Shown here: in pieces, positions 61,172-64,000 of the stretch
How positions within the stretch are numbered: position 1 is the stretch's first letter
How the letters are laid out: every line of letters begins with the position of its first letter
Assembly: GCA_964252035.1 (NCBI GenBank)
Contig: OZ176206.1
DNA from: Podarcis erhardii
Lineage: Eukaryota
Direction: 5' to 3' (one strand)
Length of the DNA stretch: 64,000 nt
Notes under the pieces: generated by a model
What the model was told of the DNA's origin: nothing
The model's database searches: none
Seen by the model: the letters and a program-made list of their open reading frames with translations, nothing else
Made by a program: the position numbers and the translations under genes

Positions 61172-61396
61172 CAGTTGTACCTTGGAAGTTGAACGGAATC
61201 CGGTCCAGATGTCCGTTCAACTTCCAAAACGCAGCTTTTGATTGGCTGTAGGAGCATCCTGCAGCTAATTGGAAGCCACACCGGATGTTTGGCTTCCGAA
61301 AATCGTACGAAAACCAGAACAATCACTTCCGGGTTTCAATCGTTTGGGAGCCGAAATGTTCGAGTTCAAAGGTGTTCAGCTTCTGAGGTTCCACTG
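61172..61396. mobile_element. Tc1/mariner MITE
   Basis: TA-CAGTTGTACCTT ... GAGGTTCCACTG-TA; body resembles the 21933-22174 family. Confidence 0.8.
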
Positions 61397-61606
61397 TATT
61401 CTGTATTCTGTGTTACAAATGCATAAGAATATTTGACCAGTTGATGACATCTTTAACTGTCAAATACCCAGCCCTTAACTACAGTGGCTGCCAGTCCTGC
61501 TTGAGAGTCAGAAAATAACTACTTGTGTTTGCCTGGCCTCGACTGGTTTTCATGCTTTTCTAACATGCTGTATAGCGTAATCTCAACATTTTCCTTCCAA
61601 TTGCAG

Positions 61607-61712
61607 GGGCATTTTCATAGAAGGCCTTTCCTGTGTATTAGATGGAGTGTTTGGCACTGGGAATGGATCTACTTCCTCTAGCCCCAACATCGGAGTCTTG
61701 GGGATTACGAAG
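61607..61712 (+). CDS. SLC23A2: SVCT2 coding exon 11 ([36 protein letters not shown]), carries the NAT signature motif
   Basis: Acceptor ttccaattgcAG; donor AAG|GTACAT; 106 nt, phase 2/0; [10 protein letters not shown] fits the [Q/E/P]NxGxxxxT[R/K/G] NAT motif. Confidence 0.97.
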
Positions 61713-62214
61713 GTACATATCTGTTCAAATAAGCTTGAGGTTTATCATGGTGGGAGCTTCCCCTGCACATGCTTAGTGAAGAGAGAGGGACTTGCTCAAG
61801 AGCAGAGTTCAGTTAAGGTTGTACATAGAAAACACAGTCTGATTGCTGTGTTGTTGTTATTATTTTAAAACGCACCCTCTTCAGTCAGAGTACTTAAAGA
61901 TCAGTGAACATGAGATGTTTCACGTGTCACTGCATGAAAAAGCTGGACTCAACTCTCCATTAACATTTGCAAATATGAAATGGGATGGTTGCTCCCACTT
62001 AATTAAGTGGAATGCTGGGGTGTGGTGAGTTAAAAAGCTATAAAAGTCACGTGCGAAACCCCTTTGGGATCTAACAAGTGCCAACACCGATGGTATTGTG
62101 ACACTTGTTAAAATTGTATTCTTATTGTATATTGCATTTTAGTATATTAAAAATCACACTCCTTTTGTGTGCGAAGCAATACATAAATTCAATAAATCTA
62201 ATGTTATCTAAATA

Positions 62215-62493
62215 CAGTGTTGCCCCGCAAGACGAATGCCTCGCAAGATGAAAAACTCGCTAGACGAAAGAGTTTTCCGTTTTTTGAGGTGCTTCGCAAG
62301 ACGAATTTCTCTATGGGCTTGCTTCGGAAGACAAAACGTCTTGCGACTTCTTGCGAGTTTGTTTCCTTTTTCTTAAAGCCGCTAAGCCATTAATAGCCGC
62401 TAAGCCGCTAATAGCCGTGCTTCGCAAGACAAAAAAACCGCAAGACGAAGAGACTCGTGGAACAGATTAATTTCGTCTTGCGAGGCACCACTG
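62215..62493 (-). mobile_element. Tc1/mariner MITE, young family, copy 4, opposite orientation
   Basis: TA-flanked; the first ~130 nt are the reverse complement of the 3' end of 57590-57925. Confidence 0.92.
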
Positions 62494-62838
62494 TAGTTTA
62501 GTTCCAGTAAGATTGTTAAATTATGTGTATCAACTGCACTTTAGTTTGATTTGTATGAAGACGTCATTGTTTTAATAGTCTTATTAACAATGTCTTGTTA
62601 GACATTGCCTTGAAACTCACCATATTAGGTAGTACATAAATACTTTTATGAATGAAATAAATAAGCTGTGTATATGCATACAGTTTAATATCCTTGAGGA
62701 ATGGTTTGCAGGGAATGCAGGTGGTGGTTTCAGCATCTTCCCCCCTGCACCCCGCATCTTGTGTTGTAAGTTGTACTTCCATCCAGCATGTTTTATACAT
62801 GATGGGGACAGGTGCTTAAAGACACATGATTTCTAGAG

Positions 62839-63850
62839 CAGTGTTTCCCAACCGGTGTTCCGCGGCACCCAACCGGTGTTCCTCGCCGTGCTCGAGGGAG
62901 GCGCTTCCTCTCGTGAGGGAGGCGAGAAGAAGGGAGGCGGGGCCGAGCAGGCGGATTGGCCCGGCGGCGGCCGTGACGTCACCCTGCGCGCGGCGGCAGA
63001 TTCGAAACTCCTCAGGCGCAGGCGCGGCTGGAGCAGGAAGGCCGCTCTGCTTGAGAGGAAAGAGAGGGAGCCGCCGCCGGCGGGATGAAGAACACCGTGA
63101 AGAAGCTGCTGAGCAAGCACAAGCCGCACTTGCCTCAGGGTCTTACTGCCCACCCGCCTCTGTTTCCTTGCTGTGCTTGCTCAAACGGAACAAAGAGCAG
63201 GGAAAGCCCCTCCCCTCCAGGCAAGCAGGCAGGAGGGAGAGGGAGAGAGAGAGAGAGAGAGAGAGAGCGCGTGCGAGCTGGCTGGCTTGGGTGAGTAGGT
63301 GAGGGAAAACTTTTGCCTTCCTTTCCTCCCTCCCCGTTAAATCCCTCTCCTGCATTCTTAGCCAGCTGCTTCTCTGCACACCCCTCTCGTGCTCCTTGTC
63401 CGTTCTGTGTTTTTCCTTCCCTCCCCACTTAAAATGTGGTTTAAAAGCATGGATCCACAGGGATTCTCAGGATTTTTGCATTGGGTCACCCCAAATTCAC
63501 CATCAGATCATATGTCTGTGGCCACAGCATGAAGCACAAAAATGATACATCATTAATATTCACTGCCCACGGCGGCAGCCAATCGGCTGCTGCAAAGGGC
63601 GGGCCCTCACAGGTTCACTGAATAAAGTATTTTATAATTTTTCATATTTCTGTTTACTTACTATTTCATAATAAAGTAATTATAAAATACTTTATTTGTG
63701 TTTATTTGATTCCTATTAAAGAGAGTTACTTTATATATAGTCAATATAGGCACAGAGTTAATTTTTTAAACATTTTCTAATGGTGGTGTGCCTCGAGATT
63801 TTTTTCATGAAACAAGTGTGCCTTTGCCCAAAAAAGGTTGGGAAACACTG
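62839..63850 (+). mobile_element. Non-autonomous hAT-Charlie element with GC-rich promoter-like cargo
   Basis: 15-bp TIR CAGTGTTTCCCAACC / GGTTGGGAAACACTG; perfect 8-bp TSD ttctagag at 62831-62838 and 63851-63858, matching the NTCTAGAN Charlie target. Confidence 0.92.
62930..63030 (+). promoter_or_regulatory. CpG-island-type promoter motif cluster inside the hAT element
   Basis: GC box GGGAGGCGGGGC 62932-62943, inverted CCAAT (ATTGG) 62955-62959, full CRE TGACGTCA 62974-62981, NRF1-like GCGCAGGCGC 63016-63025. Confidence 0.6.
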
Positions 63851-63994
63851 TTCTAGAGTCATGTGTAGCCTGGCCCTTAAATCTTTTTTTTTTATCGTCA
63901 GTGATTTGCTTGTGAAAGTCTGAATATGAACATCGCCATCTACTGGGTGCAATTTTTTTTTTAGGCAGGGAGGTCGAGGTTTCTTACAAAAATA

Positions 63995-64000
63995 CAGTGG
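63995..64000. mobile_element. Possible start of a further mariner MITE at the window edge
   Basis: TA-CAGTGG only; truncated by the window. Confidence 0.3.

Larger units (their letters stand above)
27550..61712 (+). other. SLC23A2: SLC23A2 (SVCT2) gene, partial: first coding exon to 11th coding exon; 3' exons lie beyond the window
   Basis: Eleven GT-AG exons splice into one open frame of 1353 nt (451 aa). It starts [11 protein letters not shown] (SVCT2-specific N-terminus) and contains the NAT-family QH motif (LGLQHYL) and NAT signature [10 protein letters not shown]. It closely matches the human SVCT2 sequence as recalled. Confidence 0.97.

Noticed and set aside
27710-61712. Assignment to SLC23A1 (SVCT1) or another NAT paralog
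   Set aside because: The [12 protein letters not shown]-terminus and residue-level match to recalled SVCT2 exons point to SLC23A2.
62826-63302. 158-aa ORF and overlapping minus-strand ORFs across the hAT element
   Set aside because: GC-rich DNA lacks stops; the ATG lies outside the TIR and upstream of the promoter motifs; only the 63085 frame shows codon bias.
655-63952. Most of the short ORFs in the supplied track
   Set aside because: They lack recognisable domains, often start at TTG/GTG, and fall in introns or TE remnants; this density is expected by chance.
1-64000. Prokaryotic systems (operons, CRISPR arrays, prophage, defence islands)
   Set aside because: The sequence is intron-rich vertebrate DNA with spliceosomal exons and squamate TEs; no repeat-spacer array or dense ORF packing is present.
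61713-64000. Next SLC23A2 exon (expected VGSRRVIQ...)
   Set aside because: No matching sequence found before the window ends.

Overview
This is vertebrate genomic DNA from a squamate lizard (Sauria SINEs, BovB, squamate-type CR1/L2/L1; a lacertid is plausible but not provable here), not a prokaryote. The window holds the first 11 coding exons of SLC23A2 (SVCT2, sodium-dependent vitamin C transporter 2) on the + strand, from 27710 to 61712. All introns are GT-AG, the phases are consistent, and the exons give 1353 nt / 451 codons. The remaining exons lie past the right edge and the main promoter is probably left of the window. Almost every ORF in the supplied track is spurious or a transposon remnant. 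The rest of the window is a dense, nested TE landscape: 5 Sauria SINEs, several L1-clade insertions with clean TSDs, CR1, L2, BovB, and Tc1/mariner and hAT MITEs. There is one 156-N gap at 10055-10210. The best leads are: (1) a Penelope-type 96-bp palindromic insertion with a minimal type I hammerhead ribozyme that is intact on the antisense strand and core-mutated on the sense strand (22306-22542); (2) a 1-kb hAT-Charlie element that appears to carry a captured CpG promoter, Kozak ATG and splice donor (62839-63850); (3) a 1.67-kb TSD-flanked, poly(A)-tailed L1-like element with an intact-looking 5' promoter but no recognisable ORF1/ORF2 (14185-15851); (4) inverted MITEs flanking exons 9-11, a 411-nt phase-0/0 block and a circRNA or skipping candidate; (5) an internal L1 fragment inserted at the predicted branch point of coding exon 2. 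Family assignments come from recalled motifs; no database searches were run.
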